From assembly GCA_964016885.1 (NCBI GenBank), contig OZ024740.1:66340001-66404000 (forward strand): a stretch of 64,000 bases of DNA. Reading direction: 5' to 3'. Below the pieces are notes generated by a model. It did not search any database. It was not told where the DNA came from and saw only the letters and a list, made by a program, of their open reading frames with translations. How positions within the stretch are numbered: position 1 is the stretch's first letter; each line of letters opens with the position of its first letter. A program made the position numbers and the translations under genes. This stretch comes from Eledone cirrhosa. Taxonomy: Eukaryota. Positions 13,438 through 27,065 of the stretch are shown here, piece after piece.

Positions 13438-14153
13438 AAGAATGAGAAATAAAATAGATTAAGGGGACGGGCTGGTTGGAATTTGAAAAATTGTCTTTAG
13501 ATAAAAATAATAGGTTGACATCTCTTGCAAAACTGTTGCTGCTGGCGTTTTGTGTATGGTTTGTTTTTTAGAAATAGTGGGTTATGGCGCGCGTCTACCT
13601 GAAATGGAAAAAAACGTTTTATAAAGAGAGCTATACGTGAGCACGTGCGTAAGCATGAGTGTGTGCGTGTGTGTACTAAAGTAAAAGTTAAGTGGAAATA
13701 TCCATGCGTAAGAGCCCTCAGTCCAAGGCACTGCCTCAACACAAGTCACGACTGCTTTGGCGGTTGTTCCCAAGTGAAGAATTACATTGAGAATAAATGG
13801 CCTAGGCCAGACTAACAGGTCTAGAAGTATCTTTTGATTTATTTACTATATTGTAATTCAGTGAAATTAGATATTTTGAGTCAACTAGAAGAAATTATTG
13901 TGTTTATATTTTCATTCAAAATTGACTGTGTTCTCTCAAGAGTTACCTCCCCGCTCTTACCCTATAATTGTAAAAAAAAACATCTTTCTAAACTGTTTTC
14001 TAAGTTACCTGCTTCTGCGTAAATGTCATATTCCTATAAGGAAAGCCCAATCATCCCTAGGCGGCCATCTTCGTTGTTATTTTTCTCATGACAGGCTGAA
14101 TGAATTGGGAACCAGACCCCAACGAAGCTTGAGTACTTGTTTATTCACTTTGG

Positions 14154-14197
<44 letters not shown>

Positions 14198-14201
<4 letters not shown>

Positions 14202-15053
14202 TATGTATACGTTCATAAATATATGTATACATACGTACAGTAGTATGTATATATATATACATACATGCACACATATATTTATGTACGTATGGATTCACCG
14301 AACATTTATTATAATGCTCGGTATGTTCGTAAACAAACATCCCGAATTAAGCCGTACAGTGTCTAGCCACCATCGTTGCTCATTTGTTCAACACTGACAA
14401 AGGAACGCTGTACTAGTTTCAAGCTTATTAGCTATCGTCAGCAACGTATACCCTCCTGCCAGATGATTGAACGTCTGAAAGTATATACTTTCCTTATGCA
14501 TATTAACGGCTGAGCCGCCTAATTTGCATACCGAGTGAGTTAATCGGCCGGCGTACCGAAAACGATAAACGGAAAAAATGAAGCGAAATATCATTTCTCA
14601 CTCTTAGTACGACTGCTACTTAAATATAAGTATGTATACGGACATACATATATGTATACATAGGTTCAGTAATATGTGTATATACATACATGCACACATA
14701 TATATATGTACGTATGGATTCACAGAACATTTATTATAATGCTCGGTGTGTTTGTAAACTGACGATAGCTAATAACCTTGAAACTAGTATAGCGTTCCTT
14801 TGTCAGTTGAACAAATGAGCAACGATTGTTGCTAGACACTACGGCTTAATTCGAGATGTTTGTTTACAAACACACCGAACATTATAATAAATGTTCGGTG
14901 AATCCATACGTACATATATATATGTGCGCATGTATTTATATATATACATACTACTTTACGTCTGTATACATTTATGTATGTACGTATACATACTTATATT
15001 TAAGTAACAGCCGTACTAAGAGTGAGAAATGAAATTTCGTATCATTTTTTTAC

Positions 15054-15058
<5 letters not shown>
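14198..15058. mobile_element. Family A hammerhead repeat, direct plus inverted segments
   Basis: Homologous to 11135-12160. HHR on - at 14405-14447. Orientation flips at ~14759, where a + strand HHR core begins. Bounded by (AT)n. Confidence 0.75.
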
Positions 15059-15130
<72 letters not shown>

Positions 15131-15437
15131 CAATATATTAATAAATGGAAACTATATTTATAAAACCATAATTATTTTATTATATATATTTCAAGGAGAT
15201 AGTGTTATATAGTTATAGAGGTACGTATACACATTTTAATTTATATTTTTAATTATTGTGTGTCTACCCTGCCTTTCATAGGTTATAGATTCCATACACT
15301 GGTGTTGTTTTCCCTGTTTTGTTGATGGCGCACTATGTCTCTTTCAACATATTGTATTTTAAAGAGCTCGGGATTCCTTTTCTTTTGAGCACATTATTGA
15401 CAGGGAATAGTGAGAGTATATGGCTCCGTTAATTTAT

Positions 15438-15480
<43 letters not shown>

Positions 15481-15747
15481 AAAATGAGTTTTCCTTTTAA
15501 TTTAATAAAATGAAATGCCCTACACGGTTGAAAGTGTAAGGAAAAGAAATTAAAAATGCAAATGGAATCTTTTTAAAAATATTTATTTATTTCCTTTACC
15601 GGTTTCACAGTTCTTATACTTTTCAAAAGTAGAATTGAGATGGATATGTTGTGGATTTTCTCACCTTTGTTTGGTGTTCAAATGTTCTTCCTGATTTCTG
15701 TGGAAACTGTAGCTCGAATTGCAGTTTGTTATATATATATATATATA

Positions 15748-15931
15748 AGGGCGGTGAATTGGCAGTATCGGTAGAGGTTCGGACGCCATGCTTTCCAGCA
15801 TAGTTACGTCCCTTTACGATCTGAGTTCAAATCCCGCCGAGGTTGACTTTGCCTTTCATCCTTACAGGGTCGATAAAATAAAGTACCAGTAATGCACTGG
15901 GTAATTGCTGGCCTTGTGCCTAAAGTAGAAA
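15748..15931 (+). mobile_element. tRNA-derived SINE
   Basis: GGGCGG...TGGCAGTATCGG (A box)...GAGTTCAAATCCC (B box), then a conserved core resembling the MetaSINE domain. About 14 copies or fragments in the window. Confidence 0.88.
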
Positions 15932-16639
15932 GAGTTATATATATATATATTTGCTTGGTTGATGACTGCCACGTGAATAAGTACGATAAATTACGCACCA
16001 GTTTGCGTTCCAAAGTTCTTGTTGTATTGCCTTTAAAAATGTGACTCGATTTGTTTTTGTTTTTTTATAAGTGTAATTGACTGTCACATGAATGAGTACA
16101 ACACATTTCGCGCCATTTCGTGTTTGAGGGTTCTTAAATGCCATTTACACAGTCACATGACTGGCCATATAATATAGGATCCAGAAAAGGATGGTTTGTC
16201 ATTGAAAGTTTCGTGCCAAACAAAAGATAATGGTCAAGAAATGGGAGTGGGAGAAATAGTTCTGGTTCAATAAGTACAGCTTATGTCGAGCTGAAGTGTC
16301 ACATTTCAGACTTTTTCTTGAAATAAATTGAATATTTGTGTCGATAGTGGCAGCGGCGCCGATGGTGGTGGCTGGTGGAAAAGAGAAATATATATATTTT
16401 TTTTTTATGTGTAGCAAAGCAGTTTATAGTCTTGATAATAGAAATAAAAAAGATTCCATTAGTGGAAACGGCGAACGAGGTTATGTGTGTGTATTGGTTA
16501 GCATGTTAAGGTGTTAAAATATTAACGAATGTTAAAGTATATTTAACTCTGTTCTATTATTTTCGAATATAGGGACGGGTGTGTGTGTGTACGTGGATGG
16601 TTAGCATGTTATGGTGTTAACATATTAACGTATATTAAA

Positions 16640-17800
<1,161 letters not shown>

Positions 17801-18021
17801 TAATACTTATATATTATAAGTATTAGTGTATAAATATTTTATATATAGAGAGGGAAATATTTCTATTATAATGTTAGCGATTGTATATTCAATATGCCAG
17901 ACACAATGTGTCATATTACCAGAGGGATTCATATTAAATGTCAATGTTTCGTATAAACATAAATTGAAGGATATGTGAATATTTATTAAACACACACACA
18001 CATACACGCATACACACAGAG

Positions 18022-18109
<88 letters not shown>

Positions 18110-18474
18110 GCCAGTTTCAATTGCTTGTGAGATATATTGAAACCGACATATATAAGCGCGATTATACTTACTTTCACATACAGACACATGCACGCGCACA
18201 CACGCAAACACACACGTACATGTATATTGCATTATATATCAAATATATTATATATATCTTGCTATATTTGGTGATGGTCATATTTGATTGAGAGTGTGCG
18301 AATGTGTACGTATATAAGTTATTCAGTTGAAGTACCTCAATCGCAAGATACAATATGAATTATAACATCAACTTTAGACAAATCATTCAAATAGATATAC
18401 TCTCACCACACATAAATGCACACTCACACACAAGCACACAGACACACACTCACACACATATATATATAATAGTA

Positions 18475-18685
18475 GTAATTGTTTCTACTTTAGGCACAAG
18501 CCAGCAATTTTGGGAGGGGAGTAATATTGATTAAATCGACCCCAATACATTACTGGTGCTTTATATTATTGATCCCGTAAGTATGAAAACCAAAGCTAAC
18601 CTCGATGGTATTCGAACCAATACCGTAAAGGGGCATACCTCTACGCTGCAAAGCATAGTTTTCTACGCTCTACCGATACTGCCAT
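18475..18685 (-). mobile_element. tRNA-derived SINE (diverged)
   Basis: Reverse-complement similarity to the 15748 family. Confidence 0.75.
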
Positions 18686-18869
18686 TGAAATGTTTCCCTC
18701 TGGAATGTTATAAATACTGATATTTCTATTCTGTTTTTGGAATACTTTTATACTGCTATTCAATGTATATTACAAATATCAATGTGCTTATGCGTTGTTA
18801 ATGTCTAAATATATTTGCTTTCGAAATGACTTTCTACCGAAGCGTCTTTTGAATAACGATACTTGATAG

Positions 18870-19336
18870 TGAGCCTTACTGGGAGATTAGAGAGTCACTC
18901 ATGGTAGAGCCACTTCTTTGCCTAATTGAAAGGTCACAGGTCATGTGTGCAGAATGTCTCAGGAAAAAATCGCTGGACATATTTTACGCCTAAAATATCC
19001 GGGCAGAAGAACCGGGAGTAGACCCCGAGCAAGATAGTTGGATAACATACACGAGCCTGGCTGGTCAGGCTGCACCCGCTTGGGGATCCAGCCGAATGAG
19101 TTGGAGAAAAATTGCTTCTGACATTACCCGCTGGAGGGAGTATTTCAGGATTTTGCCCCCACGACCATCTCAGGAATAAGTGGACGAAGAAGAAGAAGAA
19201 GAAGAAGAAGAAGGCGGAGGAGGAGGAGGGGGAAAGAAGAAGAAGAAGAAGAAGAAGAAGAAGAAGGAGAAGAAGAAGAAGAAGAAGAAGAAGAAGAAGA
19301 AGAAGAAGAAGAAGAAGAAGAAGAAGAAGAAGAAGG
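18870..19336 (+). mobile_element. RTE-type LINE 3' end with (AAG)n tail
   Basis: GHVCRM...WR...LPPRPS-like C-terminus immediately followed by (GAA)n. Confidence 0.6.
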
Positions 19337-19363
19337 AGGATAATAATAATAATAATAATAATA

Positions 19364-19394
<31 letters not shown>

Positions 19395-19398
<4 letters not shown>

Positions 19399-20482
19399 CT
19401 CGTTTTGAAACACGAAAGCACCAAAAGATCATATTCCATTACAAAAGATGCACAAAGATACAGTAATGGACTACAAATTTCAGAAGTCCCATTTACTGCT
19501 GAAATGGAAAACACAGAAAAAGCAAAGCAGGTAAAAGTAACTGCAAAGAAAGAACTGCTACAGAAACTGGCTAAGAAATGGCAAGAAAAGCCTCTGTATG
19601 GAAAATACCCAGAGCGAGCTAACAATCCTGATGTTGACAAAACTTTAACCCATCAGTGGTTGGCATCCTCTGGACTGAAATCGGAGACTGAAGGACTGAT
19701 TATCTCCGCACAAGATCAGTGTCTGCCAACAAAAAATTACCAAGCCAACATAATAAAAAATGGGTGCAGCCCATTATGCCGTGTATGCAAAAAACAACCA
19801 GAGACCATTGACCATATAATTTCAATGTGCAGTCCTATAGCTCCAACCGAATACCTAAACAGGCATGACAGAGCTGCACAATACATACATTGGATAATGT
19901 GTAAGCATTTTGACCTGCCCCATCAAAAGAACTGGTGGGAGCATCAACCACCTCCCATACTTGAAAAAGATCACATCTCAATCTTGTGGAACTTTAGCAT
20001 CCAAACAGACCGAAAAATAGATGCAAATAGACCTGATATAATATTGAAGGACTTTCAAAGGAGGGTATGCCTGCTAATTGATATGTCTGTTCCAATAGAC
20101 AAGAATGTATCTATAAAAACATTTGAAAAATTGAGCAAGTATAAGGACCTGGAGATAGAAATTGGAAAAATGTGGAAATTGAGAACTAAAACAATACCAG
20201 TGGTTGTAGGCGCTCTGGGAATGATACCTAAGGGGTCTAACGACTACTTATCGCAAATCCCAGGAAACCCGCGTATAGGAGAAATACAAAAGATAGTACT
20301 AATGGGAACTGCCCATATACTAAGGAAGATCCTGTCAATATAAGTACATCACAACTCTAAACACTAAGGATGCATGTGTGAATATGTGTGTTCTTTCTTG
20401 AACATGGCGGACCTTGTTGTCTCTTGAGGTCACTGGTTGTGACTTGGTGATAACTCGTATAAACATAAAGCAAGATAAATGC
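19395..20482 (+). mobile_element. R4/Dong-clade LINE, 5'-truncated (CCHC finger + restriction-like endonuclease)
   Basis: Open frame to 20343 with CRVC...ETIDHIISMC, RHD, RPDII...IDMSVP and K..KY motifs. Flanked by (TAA)n on both sides. Same family as 57234-59867. Confidence 0.92.
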
Positions 20483-20506
20483 AAATAATAATAATAATAA
20501 TAATAA

Positions 20507-20537
<31 letters not shown>

Positions 20538-20779
20538 AAGGAGAAGAAGAAGAAAAAGAAGAAGAAGAAGAAGAAGAAGAAGAAGAAGAAGAAGAAGAAG
20601 AAGAAGAAGAAGAAGAAGAAGAAGAAGAAGAAGAAGAAGAAGAAGAAGAAGAAGAAGAAGAAGAAGAAGAAGAAGAAGAAGAAGAAGAAGAAGAAGAAGC
20701 AGATAAACGAATTTTATATGGATGCCTTCACAGAATCGTACATATATACACACATAATATTAACTTCAATAATAATAAT

Positions 20780-20930
20780 AATGCTTCCTGATTTAGACAC
20801 AGGTCAGCAATTAAGGGGAAGACGAAAGGGGATAAATTTGACTCCACTGCATTACTGATTCTTTATTTTATCGACCCCATATGTATTAAAGGCAAAGCTA
20901 ACTTCGGCTAGATTTAAACTCAGAAAGTAC
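20780..20930 (-). mobile_element. SINE fragment
   Basis: Contains the family core TTTATTTTATCGACCCC...AAGGCAAAG...TTTAAACTCAG. Confidence 0.65.
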
Positions 20931-21059
20931 ACAGACGCAAGTCTATGCCGCAAACCAAATAAACCGCTCACAGGTTGACACTTTGCAAGGTTTGTGAAAG
21001 AAGCAGAATAAAATGAAGTCTGAAATAATAATAAATATATCTTTATATTATATTGACTA

Positions 21060-21345
21060 CAAATGGGAGAATGAAAAAGATAAACAATAAACATTCCTCA
21101 ATGTGGGGAGGGACCTCCCCGTGGAATCCTAGGAGCCCCACGTATCCTAAACCTCTCTAAACTTCAAGAAACCACAATAAGCTGCCATTCTCTTGAAATT
21201 CTCCATTCTACTTATTCACTCGAATTTTCTCCCTACATCCACCCTTCATCTAACAAATGTCCTATTATGTAGCACTTCCCTCTCCAGCGTCACCTTTTCC
21301 AATTGGAGATTGATAAAGGCTTGGACGAGAAGGAACGTAACTGCG
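21060..21345 (-). mobile_element. Tx1/L1-like LINE 3' remnant
   Basis: Minus strand resembles the ORF2 end of the Tx1-like copy at ~56800-56930 (LEREVL motif). Confidence 0.4.
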
Positions 21346-21999
21346 TTTAATTCTTTCAGCCGCATTTGCTATAACTTTTTCTTCCTCCAGCCACAAGGCA
21401 GAAGAACAAAAATTGGCCCCAAGGCGTTACTGGTGCATTATCTTATCAACCTCGTAATGATAAAAGGAAAAACTAACCTTTGCGAGTTTTGAACTCAGAA
21501 CGTATAAGGAAGTAAATTTACGCCACAAAGGCATTTTGTCTGATGTTTTAGTCAATCTGACCAAAAGTTAGAAAATAATAAATCAGACATAATAGTTGTT
21601 GAGAAGATCAGATAACAGCAATGACTGTGATATCAAAGTAATAATACGAAATAATGATACTGATAATAATAATAAGGAAATTGTGTAAGTAAAGTAAAAT
21701 CAAAAACAACACATGGATTGTAGTGACAGAGAGGGAAAAGAAGAAAGCCCAACGGGCCAGCAAACGTAGGTAGGAGAAGTGAGTTAAGAAAGAGAGGCAA
21801 TACCACCATCGCATATTGGTAGATGAAATAAAATGAACTAAAATGAAATTAAATATAACATTTTATATAAAATTGTATTACCTTTTGCAATCTGAAATTT
21901 CGGAAGTTGAAATGAAATTATGGTTATAATACAGCTATTAGTCAAGATAAGTGCTGATTAAGAAAGGGCTGTAGGAAAAGGAAAATGAAAAACAACACA

Positions 22000-23015
22000 T
22001 CGATTCTTTCCTGAGACATTCTAACTACATTCCGATAATATCGGAGCTGTATTCTCTCTATACGGAGAAGTAGTGCCTCGACCTGGAGCAACATTCTGAT
22101 CTCCGAGTTACTCACTATATCGAGTAACGTTACTTCAAATATCCTTCGGAAGAATTCAATTTCGAAAGCTTATATTTGCGATCTTTCGTTTATCAACCGA
22201 ACATCATGGTCTTAGGTAAGGGTTGGCTCGAATACCGAAGTATATAACAAGTTCGGCATTTACACCTACCCCCATTCTTCTGATTACAGCACAGCTACTG
22301 CAATTCTTACTTTTAATTCAACCTCCCCCCCTCTTTCACTCGGGAACACGGTCCGGAGAGACTTGAATTTCTACACCTGCTTCAGTTGAACTCTATTCAC
22401 AAGTAGACTGCACTACGCAAGCTACCTTGAGAGGAGGATACTGCCAGTTTTCGCAGCTCTAATTTTCATTTCAGCCATGCAGCACTCGGCAGCAAACCTA
22501 TCAATTAGATGTTGGAGATCATCTTCTGACGAATTAAGTAACACCATGTTATCTGTAAATTCTAGTCGACTGATTTTTACACTTGATAGTCGTGATATGA
22601 CTTCCAACTCGGCATGCCAATCCTGTTCATGACAACAATTAATAGGAGTGGTCACAGTACGCATCATTGGCAGAGTCTGACCCACACTTTGAATGGTTTC
22701 GATTTAGCACCATTAATCGAAAAAATATTCAGATTTTTGTATAGAGATGGAAGAGAAGCAAGAAGCTGACGTTTGATCCCATATTCCTGCAAAACATTCC
22801 ACAGCTAGTCGAGGAGAATCCGAACATATGCCTTTCTGAGTTCTGCAAAGAGAGATTAAACCTCTTGCCAATACTCGCACGATTTAACGAAGACCTGCAA
22901 TACTGTGAATATTTGGTCGTCTGTGCTGGATCCGGCACGAACGCTGCACTGCTCATCAGCTACTTGCACTCAACAATCTCCCTACATCTCTTTGCCAGAC
23001 AATCTCAGAAAACAA
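22000..23015 (-). mobile_element. RTE-type LINE RT fragment (degenerate)
   Basis: Minus strand EQCSVRAGSSTDDQIFTV and LEFTDNMVLLNSSEDDLQHLIDRF (decayed FADD motif). Confidence 0.75.
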
Positions 23016-23029
23016 TATCATTATTAGTC

Positions 23030-23205
23030 AGTGGGTGGATTGGCAGTATAGGTAGAGAGTCGGACACCATGCTTTGAAGCATAGAATTACGTCCCTTTAT
23101 GATCTGAGTTCAAATCCCGCCTTTCATCCTTACGGGTTCGAGAAAATAAAGTACCAATAATACACTGGGTAATTGCTGGCTTGTGCCAAAAGTAGAAACA
23201 ATTAT
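23030..23205 (+). mobile_element. tRNA-derived SINE
   Basis: Same family as 15748; A and B boxes present. Confidence 0.85.
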
Positions 23206-24499
23206 TAGTCAGGCAAAATAACAAGAAAATGACGGCTGCATTTAGAATATAGATTGTAACTGTGATGGCAGGCCAGCGCTTTGGGGAAACGGGAAATTCG
23301 ATTATATCAACCACGGAATTTGACTGGTACATTATTTTGTCGACCCAAAAGTTTGACACCAGACGGCGATAACGGGAAAGGCTCAAAATATCAGATCTAA
23401 CGAAATAAATAATATTTGCATTGATATTTCCATTGGAAATGGGCAGCGTATTAGAAAGTAAAAATACTATATCGATTTTCTATCTCCCAGCGTGCTCACA
23501 GCACACCAATTATCACAAATGAGGGTAGCTGAGTCAAACTTCTTCATGCAACAATAGTAAAAAAAAAAATGCAAGAATGTTATAGAACCTGCTGCTCCAA
23601 TGGATGAACATCAGCATAATCATATACCAACGGCTGGAATAGGAAAAATATAAATCATAAAATAACAATGATTGTAATGGTTCCTAATTTAGGCACGAGA
23701 TCAAGCATATTTTCGAGCGACAATAGATATTTCCAAGGCAACCAAGACATAAATATATATATATATATAAAGATGGGATTCAAACAGAGTAGCAAAGTGT
23801 AGTAGGTATATCCTCGAAAGCAAATAGTGTGAGAGAAGAAGAGCACTCTAAATATGAATATACAAAGAGTAATATGAAAATAACAAGAACTGAAAATATA
23901 AGTTCAAACCATCAAGAGCATAAACTAGGAAGATAAATCATGCACATAAAATATGATTAAAATATGATAAAATGGCGCAACTAAAACAAACTCTTCATAA
24001 TGCTGACAAACAAACAAAAACTGAAATGTATCAGCATGTCTGCTAAAAAGTAACAAGCTCGCAGTTAGAAGATATCTTTTCCCGCCACCTGATATAATGG
24101 TTATTTGCGATATAAGCGGGCTCCTGTTGACGGATTAGAAGTCTCGGAACAACAGCAATAAAATACTAGGGGGAAATGGAGCAATGGTTTACTATGTTAG
24201 CTCACTACAAACCTCCCACAACCCAGTGATATGGCTACGACAATGCTGATTCTAAAACAACGACGGAAACTGAAAAGTTATCCATACCACATGGTATTCC
24301 AGGCAGAATAACTAGAGACGGTCTTCAGGTCTGAGGTCAAACTTCTTCAATATATTGCTATCACCATCCAACGATGCAAGAACTGGCGACGGGACTACGA
24401 CATGTCCTACGAGGCGTGCTGTCAAAGTGCAATGGATGCGTATTTCATGGCTCTAGAGATTGTCCCAAAATGAGAACACTTTGAAGATTGTAATCTGAA

Positions 24500-25045
24500 A
24501 TGTTACAGCCATTACAGAGAAGTAGCACGAATTAGTGAGGGAGACCAGATATAGTCGGTGGTTCCTCAACAAAGTTACCTGGCCCTGGTACTGCAGATTT
24601 GGATGGTGGATGGAAACTCCACTATTCAGGTGCTTCTACAGAAAATACTGCCCAGGTAAAAGTGGGATACTCACAAGCTCCTGGCTGTCAGAATATGATA
24701 TGAACGGGATCCAATTGGGAGGGAAAATTTGCGTTTCGATTCTTAGAAAAAAGGTCTTTATAAGTTGTTTTGCAAGTTAAGTGCCAAATAGAAATCCGAA
24801 TATCAACACTTCCTTGCTAATGTCACTGCAGCGTTAGATGTAGTTAAGATTCAGTCATATACCCTATATGGAGGATTCAATGCACATGTTAGCATAGACC
24901 ATCTGGCATGGAAAGGAGAGATTGGAAGGAACGGCGATCTTAATCCAAATGCAAATAGAGAAGTATTATTAGACTTCTGTCCAAGCAATGGACATTGTGA
25001 TGTGAGCACCTTCTTACAGTAGAAAACCATCCACAAACATGTATG
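24500..25045 (+). mobile_element. LINE AP-endonuclease remnant (RTE-like)
   Basis: GGFNAHV (decayed GDFNAHV)...IGRNG...LLDFC motifs around 24870-24990. Confidence 0.6.
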
Positions 25046-25199
25046 CTATAAGGGGAATCAGAAACAATTATAAACGAAATTATTATACTTATAAAAAGAA
25101 CATTTAAAAACGAAAATTGTGTACTACCTTAAATAAATACATATCAAAGCCAAACAACTATTTTGGAAAACTATCTATCTCACACATACACTCCATTTA

Positions 25200-25277
<78 letters not shown>

Positions 25278-25693
25278 ATCTCTCCCTCTCTCTTTCTCTC
25301 TCACTATTTCACTCTCTCTCTCTCACTCGCTTTCTTTTTGTGGATGGGAACGAAAAACAATTAGGCAGAATGCCAGCAAATAACAAAATAATGTAACTGA
25401 AATCGAAAACTACTGGAGTAAAAAAGATCATCGATAAGTTCAAAATATTCCCCTAAAACAATTGTACAGAGTAAAGAGCTACATTCCAACTCACAGAGCT
25501 ATACTCCACGTCAAAATAAAGCGAAAATAAATACAATTTCAACAGTGAGAGAAGTAGAAGTATTTTAAAGTAATGCAGCTTCATAGTAGGCCTGGTAAAC
25601 GTATATATGTAAAATATATGCTTCAAATTTCTTGCACCATTTGATACATATATAGGAATACACACTGAAAATAACTTTCTTTTAGTATTTTCC

Positions 25694-25775
<82 letters not shown>

Positions 25776-25874
25776 AAATTGAGGTTGGTAATGGCACATG
25801 GAATATATAAGAGACAGAATACTTTTTTGTGAAAAAACATAATTTTATAAGGTAAGGAAATAATAAAGGGTATA

Positions 25875-25924
25875 AAAAATGACCGGTTTCGATGGGTCTG
25901 CAAAAGCCATCTTTTCAAATGTTC
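25875..25924 (-). ncRNA. Hammerhead ribozyme in 3' pseudo-LTR (U3-A8 core variant)
   Basis: TTGAAAA-GATGG(CTTTTGCAGAC)CCATC-GAAA-CCGG-TC on the element's sense strand. Confidence 0.7.
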
Positions 25925-26195
25925 ATTAATATTAAGAAAAATTAATAATACGAAGAGTTAAAATTTGAGACTTGAAAATTCAAGTATAAAATTCATTGTG
26001 GGATTTCATAGCAGTTTTCATCTAGGTAGCAACAACAGGTTGACTGCTGTGTCCCTTTCTGGTAGTGAATGAGAAGTTATTTGGGGTGTGGGTTATTTTA
26101 TAAAGGTCAGATTTAGCAATAGCCAGCTGCTGGTCAGTGAGGGGGTGGAAGCAATATACACACACATACCTTCATCCACACATACATACACATAC

Positions 26196-26248
<53 letters not shown>

Positions 26249-26317
26249 CACACATACATACACACACACATACATATACATACACACATACACACACACA
26301 CACATATATATACACAT

Positions 26318-26374
<57 letters not shown>

Positions 26375-26405
26375 TATATATACATACACATACATCCAGA
26401 TACAC

Positions 26406-26454
<49 letters not shown>

Positions 26455-26459
26455 CACAC

Positions 26460-26507
<48 letters not shown>

Positions 26508-26559
26508 CCACACATACATACACACACACATATATATATACATACACACATACAAACAT

Positions 26560-26590
<31 letters not shown>

Positions 26591-26796
26591 CACACATACA
26601 CACACATATATATACACACACACACACACACATGCATATATATATATATATATACACATACGCATACATCCAGATACCCACATACATACACACACACACA
26701 CACACACGCACACACAATACATACATCCACATGCACACACATACTCACACACACACACACACACATACACACACCCACACACAGAGAAATGGCCTT

Positions 26797-26832
<36 letters not shown>

Positions 26833-27065
26833 CAGACACATATATTTTTTCCATAATATAAGAAGTTGGGGCAGTGAAATTAAAATAATTCTGTGTGCGC
26901 ATATATATATAGATATACGTGTGTGCACGTGCAGGGTTTAACATGGATGTGTTGGTCACACAAAGGCATGGTCTGTCAATGAATAAACCTGATTCTACAG
27001 AATTGGTCTCTGGTCTTTAATAGTAGTGATTCCGTGCGTATGTGTGTTTATATTTTATGACAATT

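Noticed and set aside
15748-15850. A/B boxes as tRNA genes
   Set aside because: No cloverleaf; they are the heads of a multi-copy SINE.
22729-23077. 75-aa and 70-aa ORFs as host exons
   Set aside because: They are alternative frames or the antisense strand of a decayed RTE reverse transcriptase.
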